From: Auanema rhodensis | Lineage: Eukaryota > Animalia > Nematoda | Assembly (NCBI GenBank): GCA_964057225.1 | Contig: OZ059896.1 | Span: 21,576,001 to 21,640,000, forward strand | DNA: 64,000 bases | Direction: 5' to 3' | In this document: piece by piece, positions 42,101 to 57,300 of the stretch | Position numbering within the stretch: the first letter of the stretch is position 1 | Layout of the letters: each line of letters opens with the position of its first letter | Notes under the pieces: generated by a model | Databases searched by the model: none | What the model saw: the letters and a program-made list of their open reading frames with translations, nothing else | What the model was told of the DNA's origin: nothing | Program-made: the position numbers and the translations under genes

Positions 42101-44340
42101 TAACACAGATCGACGCAGCTTAAAAATCCGCATCGAATGCACTATACCACATTGAGAAACGCTTAATACAAAAATTAGTTATGATCGTTTGAAAATTGAT
42201 GCATTAGTGTATGTTGAGTTTCCATGTACACTCAACATTGCTTCCAAAAACATTTTGACAAAAATTTTTTCGAAAAATTTCAAAACAATTTAGCGAAAAG
42301 TAGATGTTTTTAGATTCCTTTCTTCAAGGCAAAGACGATGGACAATGTTATTCAACGAAAAAATTAATTCCTCAGGGTGAAAATCGAGGATATAAGTGTG
42401 AACTTATATCAGTTGATATCTCGGTGCATTTTTAAGCTAGCGCAAATCTGATAACACAGATCGACGCAGCTTGAAAATCCGCATCGAATGCACTATACTA
42501 CATTGAGAAACGCTTAATACAAAAATTAGTTATGATCGTTTGAAAAATGATGCATTAGTGTATGTTGAGTTTCCATGTACACTCAACATTGCTTCCAAAA
42601 ACATTTTGACAAAAATTTTTTCGAAAAATTTCAAAACAATTTAGCGAAAAGTAGATGTTTTTAGATTCCTTTCTTCAAGGCAAAGACGATGGACAATGTT
42701 ATTCAACGAAAAAATTAATTCCTCAGGGTGAAAATCGAGGATATAAGTGTGAACTTATATCAGTTGATATCTCGGTGCATTTTTAAGCTAGCGCAAATCT
42801 GATAACACAGATCGACGCAGCTTAAAAATCCGCATCGAATGCACTATACCACATTGAGAAACGCTTAATACAAAAATTAGTTATGATCGTTTGAAAAATG
42901 ATGCATTAGTGTATGTTGAGTTTCCATGTACACTCAACATTGCTTCCAAAAACATTTTGACAAAAATTTTTTCAAAAAATTTCAAAATAATTTAGCAAAA
43001 AGTAGATGTTTTTAGATTCCTTTTTTCAAGGCAAAGACGATGGACAATGTTATTCAACGAAAAAATTAATTCTTCAGGGTGAAAATCGAGGATATAAGTG
43101 TGAACTTATATCAGTTGATATCTCGGTGCATTTTTAAGCTAGCGCAAATCTCATAACACAGATCAACGCAGCTTGAAAATCCGCATCGAATGCACTATAC
43201 TACATTGAGAAACGCTTAATACAAAAGTTAGTTATGATCGTTTGAAAAATGATGCCTTAGTGTATGTTGAGTTTCCATGTACACTCAACATTGCTTCCAA
43301 AAACATTTTGACAAAAATTTTTTCGAAAAATTTCAAAATAATTTAGCAAAGAGTAGATGTTTTTAGATTCCTTTTTTTAAGGCAAAGACGATGGACAATG
43401 TTATTCAACGAAAAAATTAATTCCTCAGGGTGAAAATCGAGGATATAAGTGTGAACTTATATCAGTTGATATCTCGGTGCATTTTTAAGCTAGCGCAAAT
43501 CTGATAACACAGATCGACGCAGCTTAAAAATCCGCATCGAATGCACTATACTACATTGAGAAACGCTTAATACAAAATTTAGTTATGATCGTTTGAAAAA
43601 TGATGCCTTAGTGTATGTTGAGTTTCCATGTACACTCAACATTGCTTCCAAAAACATTTTGACAACAATTTTTTCGAAAAATTTCAAAATAATTTAGCAA
43701 AAAGTAGATGTTTTTAGATTCCTTTTTTTAAGGCAAAGACGATCGACAATGTTATTCAACGAAAAAATTAATTCTTCAGGGTGAAAATCGAGGATATAAG
43801 TGTGAACTTATATCAGTTGATATCTCGGTGCATTTTTAAGCTAGCGCAAATCTGATAACACAGATCGACGCAGCTTAAAAATCCGCATCGAATGCACTAT
43901 ACTACATTGAGAAACGCTTAATACAAAAATTAGTTATGATCGTTTGAAAAATGATGCATTAGTGTATGTTGAGTTTCCATGTACACTCAACATTGCTTCC
44001 AAAAACATTTTGACAACAATTTTTTCGAAAAATTTCAAAATAATTTAGCAAAAAGTAGATGTTTTTAGATTCCTTTTTTCAAGGCAAAGACGATGGACAA
44101 TGTTATTCAACGAAAAAATTAATTCTTCAGGGTGAAAATCGAGGATATAAGTGTGAACTTATATCAGTTGATATCTCGGTGCATTTTTAAGCTAGCGCAA
44201 ATCTCATAACACAGATCGACGCAGCTTAAAAATCCGCATCGAATGCACTATACTACATTGAGAAACGCTTAATACAAAAATTAGTTATGATCGTTTGAAA
44301 AATGATGCCTTAGTGTATGTTGAGTTTCCATGTACACTCT

Positions 44341-47300
44341 ACATTGCTTCCAAAAACATTTTGACAAAAATTTTTTCGAAAAATTTCAAAATAATTTAGC
44401 AAAAAGTAGATGTTTTTAGATTCCTTTTTTCAAGGCAAAGACGATGGACAATGTTATTCAACGAAAAAATTAATTCTTCAGGGTGAAAATCGAGGATATA
44501 AGTGTGAACTTATATCAGTTGATATCTCGATGCATTTTTAAGCTAGCGCAAATCTGATAACACAGATCGACGCAGCTTAAAAATCCGCATCGAATGCACT
44601 ATACCACATTGAGAAACGCTTAATACAAAAATTAGTTATGATCGTTTGAAAATTGATGCATTAGTGTATGTTGAGTTTCCATGTACACTCAACATTGCTT
44701 CCAAAAACATTTTGACAAAAATTTTTTCGAAAAATTTCAAAACAATTTAGCGAAAAGTAGATGTTTTTAGATTCCTTTCTTCAAGGCAAAGACGATGGAC
44801 AATGTTATTCAACGAAAAAATTAATTCCTCAGGGTGAAAATCGAGGATATAAGTGTGAACTTATATCAGTTGATATCTCGGTGCATTTTTAAGCTAGCGC
44901 AAATCTGATAACACAGATCGACGCAGCTTAAAAATCCGCATCGAATGCACTATACTACATTGAGAAACGCTTAATACAAAAATTAGTTATGATCGTTTGA
45001 AAAATGATGCCTTAGTGTATGTTGAGTTTCCATGTACACTCAACATTGCTTCCAAAAACATTTTGACAACAATTTTTTCGAAAAATTTCAAAATAATTTA
45101 GCAAAAAGTAGTTGTTTTTAGATTCCTTTTTTTAAGGCAAAGACGATCGACAATGTTATTCAACGAAAAAATTAATTCTTCAGGGTGAAAATCGAGGATA
45201 TAAGTGTGAACTTATATCAGTTGATATCTCGGTGCATTTTTAAGCTAGCGCAAATCTGATAACACAGATCGACGCAGCTTAAAAATCCGCATCGAATGCA
45301 CTATACTACATTGAGAAACGCTTAATACAAAAATTAGTTATGATCGTTTGAAAAATGATGCCTTAGTGTATGTTGAGTTTCCATGTACACTCAACATTGC
45401 TTCCAAAAACATTTTGACAACAATTTTTTCGAAAAATTTCAAAATAATTTAGCAAAAAGTAGTTGTTTTTAGATTCCTTTTTTTAAGGCAAAGACGATCG
45501 ACAATGTTATTCAACGAAAAAATTAATTCTTCAGGGTGAAAATCGAGGATATAAGTGTGAACTTATATCAGTTGATATCTCGGTGCATTTTTAAGCTAGC
45601 GCAAATCTGATAACACAGATCGACGCAGCTTAAAAATCCGCATCGAATGCACTATACTACATTGAGAAACGCTTAATACAAAAATTAGTTATGATCGTTT
45701 GAAAAATGATGCATTAGTGTATGTTGAGTTTCCATGTACACTCAACATTGCTTCCAAAAACATTTTGACAAAAATTTTTTCGAAAAATTTCAAAATAATT
45801 TAGCAAAAAGTAGATGTTTTTAGATTCCTTTTTTCAAGGCAAAGACGATGGACAATGTTATTCAACGAAAAAATTAATTCTTCAGGGTGAAAATCGAGGA
45901 TATAAGTGTGAACTTATATCAGTTGATATCTCGGTGCATTTTTAAGCTAGCGCAAATCTCATAACACAGATCGACGCAGCTTGAAAATCCGCATCGAATG
46001 CACTATACTATATTGAGAAACGCTTAATACAAAAATTAGTTATGATCGTTTGAAAAATGATGCATTAGTGTATGTTGAGTTTCCATGTACACTCAACATT
46101 GCTTCCAAAAACATTTTGACAAAAATTTTTTCGAAAAATTTCAAAATAATTTAGCAAAAAGTAGATGTTTTTAGATTCCTTTTTTCAAGGCAAAGACGAT
46201 GGACAATGTTATTCAACGAAAAAATTAATTCTTCAGGGTGAAAATCGAGGATATAAGTGTGAACTTATATCAGTTGATATCTCGGTGCATTTTTAAGCTA
46301 GCGCAAATCTCATAACACAGATCGACGCAGCTTGAAAATCCGCATCGAATGCACTATACTATATTGAGAAACGCTTAATACAAAAATTAGTTATGATCGT
46401 TTGAAAAATGATGCATTAGTGTATGTTGAGTTTCCATGTACACTCAACATTGCTTCCAAAAACATTTTGACAAAAATTTTTTCGAAAAATTTCAAAATAA
46501 TTTAGCAAAAAGTAGATGTTTTTAGATCCTTTTTTTCAAGGCAAAGACGATGGACAATGTTATTCAACGAAAAAATTAATTCTTCAGTGTGAAAATCGAG
46601 GATATAAGTGTGAACTTATATCAGTTGATATCTCGGTGCATTTTTAAGCTAGCGCAAATCTGATAACACAGATCGACGCAGCTTGAAAATCCGCATCGAA
46701 TGCACTATACTACATTGAGAAACGCTTAATACAAAAGTTAGTTATGATCGTTTGAAAAATGATGCCTTAGTGTATGTTGAGTTTCCATGTACACTCAACA
46801 TTGCTTCCAAAAACATTTTGACAAAAATTTTTTCGAAAAATTTCAAAATAATTTAGCAAAGAGTAGATGTTTTTAGATTCCTTTTTTTAAGGCAAAGACG
46901 ATGGACAATGTTATTCAACGAAAAAATTAATTCCTCAGGGTGAAAATCGAGGATATAAGTGTGAACTTATATCAGTTGATATCTCGGTGCATTTTTAAGC
47001 TAGCGCAAATCTGATAACACAGATCGACGCAGCTTAAAAATCCGCATCGAATGCACTATACTACATTGAGAAACGCTTAATACAAAATTTAGTTATGATC
47101 GTTTGAAAAATGATGCCTTAGTGTATGTTGAGTTTCCATGTACACTCAACATTGCTTCCAAAAACATTTTGACAACAATTTTTTCGAAAAATTTCAAAAT
47201 AATTTAGCAAAAAGTAGATGTTTTTAGATTCCTTTTTTTAAGGCAAAGACGATCGACAATGTTATTCAACGAAAAAATTAATTCTTCAGGGTGAAAATCG

Positions 47301-50300
47301 AGGATATAAGTGTGAACTTATATCAGTTGATATCTCGGTGCATTTTTAAGCTAGCGCAAATCTGATAACACAGATCGACGCAGCTTAAAAATCCGCATCG
47401 AATGCACTATACTACATTGAGAAACGCTTAATACAAAAATTAGTTATGATCGTTTGAAAAATGATGCATTAGTGTATGTTGAGTTTCCATGTACACTCAA
47501 CATTGCTTCCAAAAACATTTTGACAAAAATTTTTTCGAAAAATTTCAAAATAATTTAGCAAAAAGTAGATGTTTTTAGATTCCTTTTTTCAAGGCAAAGA
47601 CGATGGACAATGTTATTCAACGAATAAATTAATTCTTCAGGGTGAAAATCGAGGATATAAGTGTGAACTTATATCAGTTGATATCTCGGTGCATTTTTAA
47701 GCTAGCGCAAATCTCATAACACAGATCGACGCAGCTTAAAAATCCGCATCGAATGCACTATACTACATTGAGAAACGCTTAATACAAAAATTAGTTATGA
47801 TCGTTTGAAAAATGATGCCTTAGTGTATGTTGAGTTTCCATGTACACTCTACATTGCTTCCAAAAACATTTTGACAAAAATTTTTTCGAAAAATTTCAAA
47901 ATAATTTAGCAAAAAGTAGATGTTTTTAGATTCCTTTTTTCAAGGCAAAGACGATGGACAATGTTATTCAACGAAAAAATTAATTCTTCAGGGTGAAAAT
48001 CGAGGATATAAGTGTGAACTTATATCAGTTGATATCTCGATGCATTTTTAAGCTAGCGCAAATCTGATAACACAGATCGACGCAGCTTAAAAATCCGCAT
48101 CGAATGCACTATACCACATTGAGAAACGCTTAATACAAAAATTAGTTATGATCGTTTGAAAATTGATGCATTAGTGTATGTTGAGTTTCCATGTACACTC
48201 AACATTGCTTCCAAAAACATTTTGACAAAAATTTTTTCGAAAAATTTCAAAACAATTTAGCGAAAAGTAGATGTTTTTAGATTCCTCTCTTCAAGGCAAA
48301 GACGATGGACAATGTTATTCAACGAAAAAATTAATTCCTCAGGGTGAAAATCGAGGATATAAGTGTGAACTTATATCAGTTGATATCTCGGTGCATTTTT
48401 AAGCTAGCGCAAATCTGATAACACAGATCGACGCAGCTTAAAAATCCGCATCGAATGCACTATACTACATTGAGAAACGCTTAATACAAAAATTAGTTAT
48501 GATCGTTTGAAAAATGATGCCTTAGTGTATGTTGAGTTTCCATGTACACTCAACATTGCTTCCAAAAACATTTTGACAACAATTTTTTCGAAAAATTTCA
48601 AAATAATTTAGCAAAAAGTAGTTGTTTTTAGATTCCTTTTTTTAAGGCAAAGACGATCGACAATGTTATTCAACGAAAAAATTAATTCTTCAGGGTGAAA
48701 ATCGAGGATATAAGTGTGAACTTATATCAGTTGATATCTCGGTGCATTTTTAAGCTAGCGCAAATCTGATAACACAGATCGACGCAGCTTAAAAATCCGC
48801 ATCGAATGCACTATACTACATTGAGAAACGCTTAATACAAAAATTAGTTATGATCGTTTGAAAAATGATGCATTAGTGTATGTTGAGTTTCCATGTACAC
48901 TCAACATTGCTTCCAAAAACATTTTGACAAAAATTTTTTCGAAAAATTTCAAAATAATTTAGCAAAAAGTAGATGTTTTTAGATTCCTTTTTTCAAGGCA
49001 AAGACGATGGACAATGTTATTCAACGAAAAAATTAATTCTTCAGGGTGAAAATCGAGGATATAAGTGTGAACTTATATCAGTTGATATCTCGATGCATTT
49101 TTAAGCTAGCGCAAATCTGATAACACAGATCGACGCAGCTTAAAAATCCGCATCGAATGCACTATACCACATTGAGAAACGCTTAATACAAAAATTAGTT
49201 ATGATCGTTTGAAAATTGATGCATTAGTGTATGTTGAGTTTCCATGTACACTCAACATTGCTTCCAAAAACATTTTGACAAAAATTTTTTCGAAAAATTT
49301 CAAAACAATTTAGCGAAAAGTAGATGTTTTTAGATTCCTTTCTTCAAGGCAAAGACGATGGACAATGTTATTCAACGAAAAAATTAATTCCTCAGGGTGA
49401 AAATCGAGGATATAAGTGTGAACTTATATCAGTTGATATCTCGGTGCATTTTTAAGCTAGCGCAAATCTGATAACACAGATCGACGCAGCTTAAAAATCC
49501 GCATCGAATGCACTATACTACATTGAGAAACGCTTAATACAAAAATTAGTTATGATCGTTTGAAAAATGATGCCTTAGTGTATGTTGAGTTTCCATGTAC
49601 ACTCAACATTGCTTCCAAAAACATTTTGACAACAATTTTTTCGAAAAATTTCAAAATAATTTAGCAAAAAGTAGTTGTTTTTAGATTCCTTTTTTTAAGG
49701 CAAAGACGATCGACAATGTTATTCAACGAAAAAATTAATTCTTCAGGGTGAAAATCGAGGATATAAGTGTGAACTTATATCAGTTGATATCTCGGTGCAT
49801 TTTTAAGCTAGCGCAAATCTGATAACACAGATCGACGCAGCTTAAAAATCCGCATCGAATGCACTATACTACATTGAGAAACGCTTAATACAAAAATTAG
49901 TTATGATCGTTTGAAAAATGATGCCTTAGTGTATGTTGAGTTTCCATGTACACTCAACATTGCTTCCAAAAACATTTTGACAACAATTTTTTCGAAAAAT
50001 TTCAAAATAATTTAGCAAAAAGTAGTTGTTTTTAGATTCCTTTTTTTAAGGCAAAGACGATCGACAATGTTATTCAACGAAAAAATTAATTCTTCAGGGT
50101 GAAAATCGAGGATATAAGTGTGAACTTATATCAGTTGATATCTCGGTGCATTTTTAAGCTAGCGCAAATCTGATAACACAGATCGACGCAGCTTAAAAAT
50201 CCGCATCGAATGCACTATACTACATTGAGAAACGCTTAATACAAAAATTAGTTATGATCGTTTGAAAAATGATGCATTAGTGTATGTTGAGTTTCCATGT

Positions 50301-53054
50301 ACACTCAACATTGCTTCCAAAAACATTTTGACAAAAATTTTTTCGAAAAATTTCAAAATAATTTAGCAAAAAGTAGATGTTTTTAGATTCCTTTTTTCAA
50401 GGCAAAGACGATGGACAATGTTATTCAACGAAAAAATTAATTCTTCAGGGTGAAAATCGAGGATATAAGTGTGAACTTATATCAGTTGATATCTCGGTGC
50501 ATTTTTAAGCTAGCGCAAATCTCATAACACAGATCGACGCAGCTTGAAAATCCGCATCGAATGCACTATACTATATTGAGAAACGCTTAATACAAAAATT
50601 AGTTATGATCGTTTGAAAAATGATGCATTAGTGTATGTTGAGTTTCCATGTACACTCAACATTGCTTCCAAAAACATTTTGACAAAAATTTTTTCGAAAA
50701 ATTTCAAAATAATTTAGCAAAAAGTAGATGTTTTTAGATTCCTTTTTTCAAGGCAAAGACGATGGACAATGTTATTCAACGAAAAAATTAATTCTTCAGG
50801 GTGAAAATCGAGGATATAAGTGTGAACTTATATCAGTTGATATCTCGGTGCATTTTTAAGCTAGCGCAAATCTCATAACACAGATCGACGCAGCTTGAAA
50901 ATCCGCATCGAATGCACTATACTATATTGAGAAACGCTTAATACAAAAATTAGTTATGATCGTTTGAAAAATGATGCATTAGTGTATGTTGAGTTTCCAT
51001 GTACACTCAACATTGCTTCCAAAAACATTTTGACAAAAATTTTTTCGAAAAATTTCAAAATAATTTAGCAAAAAGTAGATGTTTTTAGATCCTTTTTTTC
51101 AAGGCAAAGACGATGGACAATGTTATTCAACGAAAAAATTAATTCTTCAGTGTGAAAATCGAGGATATAAGTGTGAACTTATATCAGTTGATATCTCGGT
51201 GCATTTTTAAGCTAGCGCAAATCTGATAACACAGATCGACGCAGCTTGAAAATCCGCATCGAATGCACTATACTACATTGAGAAACGCTTAATACAAAAG
51301 TTAGTTATGATCGTTTGAAAAATGATGCCTTAGTGTATGTTGAGTTTCCATGTACACTCAACATTGCTTCCAAAAACATTTTGACAAAAATTTTTTCGAA
51401 AAATTTCAAAATAATTTAGCAAAGAGTAGATGTTTTTAGATTCCTTTTTTTAAGGCAAAGACGATGGACAATGTTATTCAACGAAAAAATTAATTCCTCA
51501 GGGTGAAAATCGAGGATATAAGTGTGAACTTATATCAGTTGATATCTCGGTGCATTTTTAAGCTAGCGCAAATCTGATAACACAGATCGACGCAGCTTAA
51601 AAATCCGCATCGAATGCACTATACTACATTGAGAAACGCTTAATACAAAATTTAGTTATGATCGTTTGAAAAATGATGCCTTAGTGTATGTTGAGTTTCC
51701 ATGTACACTCAACATTGCTTCCAAAAACATTTTGACAACAATTTTTTCGAAAAATTTCAAAATAATTTAGCAAAAAGTAGATGTTTTTAGATTCCTTTTT
51801 TTAAGGCAAAGACGATCGACAATGTTATTCAACGAAAAAATTAATTCTTCAGGGTGAAAATCGAGGATATAAGTGTGAACTTATATCAGTTGATATCTCG
51901 GTGCATTTTTAAGCTAGCGCAAATCTGATAACACAGATCGACGCAGCTTAAAAATCCGCATCGAATGCACTATACTACATTGAGAAACGCTTAATACAAA
52001 AATTAGTTATGATCGTTTGAAAAATGATGCATTAGTGTATGTTGAGTTTCCATGTACACTCAACATTGCTTCCAAAAACATTTTGACAAAAATTTTTTCG
52101 AAAAATTTCAAAATAATTTAGCAAAAAGTAGATGTTTTTAGATTCCTTTTTTCAAGGCAAAGACGATGGACAATGTTATTCAACGAATAAATTAATTCTT
52201 CAGGGTGAAAATCGAGGATATAAGTGTGAACTTATATCAGTTGATATCTCGGTGCATTTTTAAGCTAGCGCAAATCTCATAACACAGATCGACGCAGCTT
52301 AAAAATCCGCATCGAATGCACTATACTACATTGAGAAACGCTTAATACAAAAATTAGTTATGATCGTTTGAAAAATGATGCCTTAGTGTATGTTGAGTTT
52401 CCATGTACACTCTACATTGCTTCCAAAAACATTTTGACAAAAATTTTTTCGAAAAATTTCAAAATAATTTAGCAAAAAGTAGATGTTTTTAGATTCCTTT
52501 TTTCAAGGCAAAGACGATGGACAATGTTATTCAACGAAAAAATTAATTCTTCAGGGTGAAAATCGAGGATATAAGTGTGAACTTATATCAGTTGATATCT
52601 CGATGCATTTTTAAGCTAGCGCAAATCTGATAACACAGATCGACGCAGCTTAAAAATCCGCATCGAATGCACTATACCACATTGAGAAACGCTTAATACA
52701 AAAATTAGTTATGATCGTTTGAAAATTGATGCATTAGTGTATGTTGAGTTTCCATGTACACTCAACATTGCTTCCAAAAACATTTTGACAAAAATTTTTT
52801 CGAAAAATTTCAAAACAATTTAGCGAAAAGTAGATGTTTTTAGATTCCTTTCTTCAAGGCAAAGACGATGGACAATGTTATTCAACGAAAAAATTAATTC
52901 CTCAGGGTGAAAATCGAGGATATAAGTGTGAACTTATATCAGTTGATATCTCGGTGCATTTTTAAGCTAGCGCAAATCTGATAACACAGATCGACGCAGC
53001 TTAAAAATCCGCATCGAATGCACTATACTACATTGAGAAACGCTTAATACAAAA
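44341..53054. repeat. 13-monomer (4563-bp) duplication
   Basis: m271T (with m211C) at 46588 and 51151; m255T at 47625 and 52188; paired m199T monomers at 44914/45265 and 49477/49828. Confidence 0.85.
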
Positions 53055-54390
53055 TTTAGTTATGATCGTTTGAAAAATGATGCCTTAGTGTATGTTGAGT
53101 TTCCATGTACACTCAACATTGCTTCCAAAAACATTTTGACAACAATTTTTTCGAAAAATTTCAAAATAATTTAGCAAAAAGTAGATGTTTTTAGATTCCT
53201 TTTTTTAAGGCAAAGACGATCGACAATGTTATTCAACGAAAAAATTAATTCTTCAGGGTGAAAATCGAGGATATAAGTGTGAACTTATATCAGTTGATAT
53301 CTCGGTGCATTTTTAAGCTAGCGCAAATCTGATAACACAGATCGACGCAGCTTAAAAATCCGCATCGAATGCACTATACTACATTGAGAAACGCTTAATA
53401 CAAAAATTAGTTATGATCGTTTGAAAAATGATGCATTAGTGTATGTTGAGTTTCCATGTACACTCAACATTGCTTCCAAAAACATTTTGACAAAAATTTT
53501 TTCGAAAAATTTCAAAATAATTTAGCAAAAAGTAGATGTTTTTAGATTCCTTTTTTCAAGGCAAAGACGATGGACAATGTTATTCAACGAATAAATTAAT
53601 TCTTCAGGGTGAAAATCGAGGATATAAGTGTGAACTTATATCAGTTGATATCTCGGTGCATTTTTAAGCTAGCGCAAATCTCATAACACAGATCGACGCA
53701 GCTTAAAAATCCGCATCGAATGCACTATACTACATTGAGAAACGCTTAATACAAAAATTAGTTATGATCGTTTGAAAAATGATGCCTTAGTGTATGTTGA
53801 GTTTCCATGTACACTCTACATTGCTTCCAAAAACATTTTGACAAAAATTTTTTCGAAAAATTTCAAAATAATTTAGCAAAAAGTAGATGTTTTTAGATTC
53901 CTTTTTTCAAGGCAAAGACGATGGACAATGTTATTCAACGAAAAAATTAATTCTTCAGGGTGAAAATCGAGGATATAAGTGTGAACTTATATCAGTTGAT
54001 ATCTCGATGCATTTTTAAGCTAGCGCAAATCTGATAACACAGATCGACGCAGCTTAAAAATCCGCATCGAATGCACTATACCACATTGAGAAACGCTTAA
54101 TACAAAAATTAGTTATGATCGTTTGAAAATTGATGCATTAGTGTATGTTGAGTTTCCATGTACACTCAACATTGCTTCCAAAAACATTTTGACAAAAATT
54201 TTTTCGAAAAATTTCAAAACAATTTAGCGAAAAGTAGATGTTTTTAGATTCCTTTCTTCAAGGCAAAGACGATGGACAATGTTATTCAACGAAAAAATTA
54301 ATTCCTCAGGGTGAAAATCGAGGATATAAGTGTGAACTTATATCAGTTGATATCTCGGTGCATTTTTAAGCTAGCGCAAATCTGATAACA
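51583..54390. repeat. 4-monomer (1404-bp) tandem duplication nested in the second 13-mer copy
   Basis: m255T at 52188 and 53592; m69T/m235C monomer at 51583 and 52987. Confidence 0.82.
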
Positions 54391-57300
54391 CAGATCGACG
54401 CAGCTTAAAAATCCGCATCGAATGCACTATACTACATTGAGAAACGCTTAATACAAAAATTAGTTATGATCGTTTGAAAAATGATGCCTTAGTGTATGTT
54501 GAGTTTCCATGTACACTCAACATTGCTTCCAAAAACATTTTGACAACAATTTTTTCGAAAAATTTCAAAATAATTTAGCAAAAAGTAGTTGTTTTTAGAT
54601 TCCTTTTTTTAAGGCAAAGACGATCGACAATGTTATTCAACGAAAAAATTAATTCTTCAGGGTGAAAATCGAGGATATAAGTGTGAACTTATATCAGTTG
54701 ATATCTCGGTGCATTTTTAAGCTAGCGCAAATCTGATAACACAGATCGACGCAGCTTAAAAATCCGCATCGAATGCACTATACTACATTGAGAAACGCTT
54801 AATACAAAAATTAGTTATGATCGTTTGAAAATTGATGCATTAGTGTATGTTGAGTTTCCATGTACACTCTACATTGCTTCCAAAAACATTTTGACAAAAA
54901 TTTTTTCGAAAAATTTCAAAATAATTTAGCAAAAAGTAGATGTTTTTAGATTCCTTTTTTCAAGGCAAAGACGATGGACAATGTTATTCAACGAAAAAAT
55001 TAATTCTTCAGGGTGAAAATCGAGGATATAAGTGTGAACTTATATCAGTTGATATCTCGGTGCATTTTTAAGCTAGCGCAAATCTCATAACACAGATCGA
55101 CGCAGCTTGAAAATCCGCATCGAATGCACTATACTATATTGAGAAACGCTTAATACAAAAATTAGTTATGATCGTTTGAAAAATGATGCATTAGTGTATG
55201 TTGAGTTTCCATGTACACTCAACATTGCTTCCAAAAACATTTTGACAAAAATTTTTTCGAAAAATTTCAAAATAATTTAGCAAAAAGTAGATGTTTTTAG
55301 ATTCCTTTTTTCAAGGCAAAGACGATGGACAATGTTATTCAACGAAAAAATTAATTCTTCAGGGTGAAAATCGAGGATATAAGTGTGAACTTATATCAGT
55401 TGATATCTCGGTGCATTTTTAAGCTAGCGCAAATCTGATAACACAGATCGACGCAGCTTAAAAATCCGCATCGAATGCACTATACTACATTGAGAAACGC
55501 TTAATACAAAAATTAGTTATGATCGTTTGAAAAATGATGCCTTAGTGTATGTTGAGTTTCCATGTACACTCAACATTGCTTCCAAAAACATTTTGACAAC
55601 AATTTTTTCGAAAAATTTCAAAATAATTTAGCAAAAAGTAGTTGTTTTTAGATTCCTTTTTTTAAGGCAAAGACGATCGACAATGTTATTCAACGAAAAA
55701 ATTAATTCTTCAGGGTGAAAATCGAGGATATAAGTGTGAACTTATATCAGTTGATATCTCGGTGCATTTTTAAGCTAGCGCAAATCTCATAACACAGATC
55801 GACGCAGCTTGAAAATCCGCATCGAATGCACTATACTATATTGAGAAACGCTTAATACAAAAATTAGTTATGATCGTTTGAAAAATGATGCATTAGTGTA
55901 TGTTGAGTTTCCATGTACACTCAACATTGCTTCCAAAAACATTTTGACAAAAATTTTTTCGAAAAATTTCAAAATAATTTAGCAAAAAGTAGATGTTTTT
56001 AGATTCCTTTTTTCAAGGCAAAGACGATGGACAATGTTATTCAACGAAAAAATTAATTCTTCAGGGTGAAAATCGAGGATATAAGTGTGAACTTATATCA
56101 GTTGATATCTCGGTGCATTTTTAAGCTAGCGCAAATCTGATAACACAGATCGACGCAGCTTGAAAATCCGCATCGAATGCACTATACTACATTGAGAAAC
56201 GCTTAATACAAAAATTAGTTATGATCGTTTGAAAAATGATGCATTAGTGTATGTTGAGTTTCCATGTACACTCAACATTGCTTCCAAAAACATTTTGACA
56301 AAAATTTTTTCGAAAAATTTCAAAATAATTTAGCAAAAAGTAGATGTTTTTAGATTCCTTTTTTCAAGGCAAAGACGATGGACAATGTTATTCAACGAAA
56401 AAATTAATTCTTCAGGCTGAAAATCGAGGATATAAGTGTGAACTTATATCAGTTGATATCTCGGTGCATTTTTAAGCTAGCGCAAATCTGATAACACAGA
56501 TCGACGCAGCTTGAAAATCCGTATCGAATGCACTATACTACATTGAGAAACGCTTAATACAAAAATTAGTTATGATCGTTTGAAAAATGATGCATTAGTG
56601 TATGTTGAGTTTCCATGTACACTCAACATTGCTTCCAAAAACATTTTGACAAAAATTTTTTCGAAAAATTTCAAAATAATTTAGCAAAAAGTAGATGTTT
56701 TTAGATTCCTTTTTTCAAGGCAAAGACGATGGACAATGTTATTCAACGAAAAAATTAATTCTTCAGGGTGAAAATCGAGGATATAAGTGTGAACTTATAT
56801 CAGTTGATATCTCGGTGCATTTTTAAGCTAGCGCAAATCTCATAACACAGATCGACGCAGCTTGAAAATCCGCATCGAATGCACTATACTATATTGAGAA
56901 ACGCTTAATACAAAAATTAGTTATGATCGTTTGAAAAATGATGCATTAGTGTATGTTGAGTTTCCATGTACACTCAACATTGCTTCCAAAAACATTTTGA
57001 CAAAAATTTTTTCGAAGAATTTCAAAATAATTTAGCAAAAAGTAGATGTTTTTAGATTCCTTTTTTCAAGGCAAAGACGATGGACAATGTTATTCAACGA
57101 AAAAATTAATTCTTCAGGGTGAAAATCGAGGATATAAGTGTGAACTTATATCAGTTGATATCTCGGTGCATTTTTAAGCTAGCGCAAATCTGATAACACA
57201 GATCGACGCAGCTTGAAAATCCGCATCGAATGCACTATACTACATTGAGAAACGCTTAATACAAAAATTAGTTATGATCGTTTGAAAAATGATGCATTAG

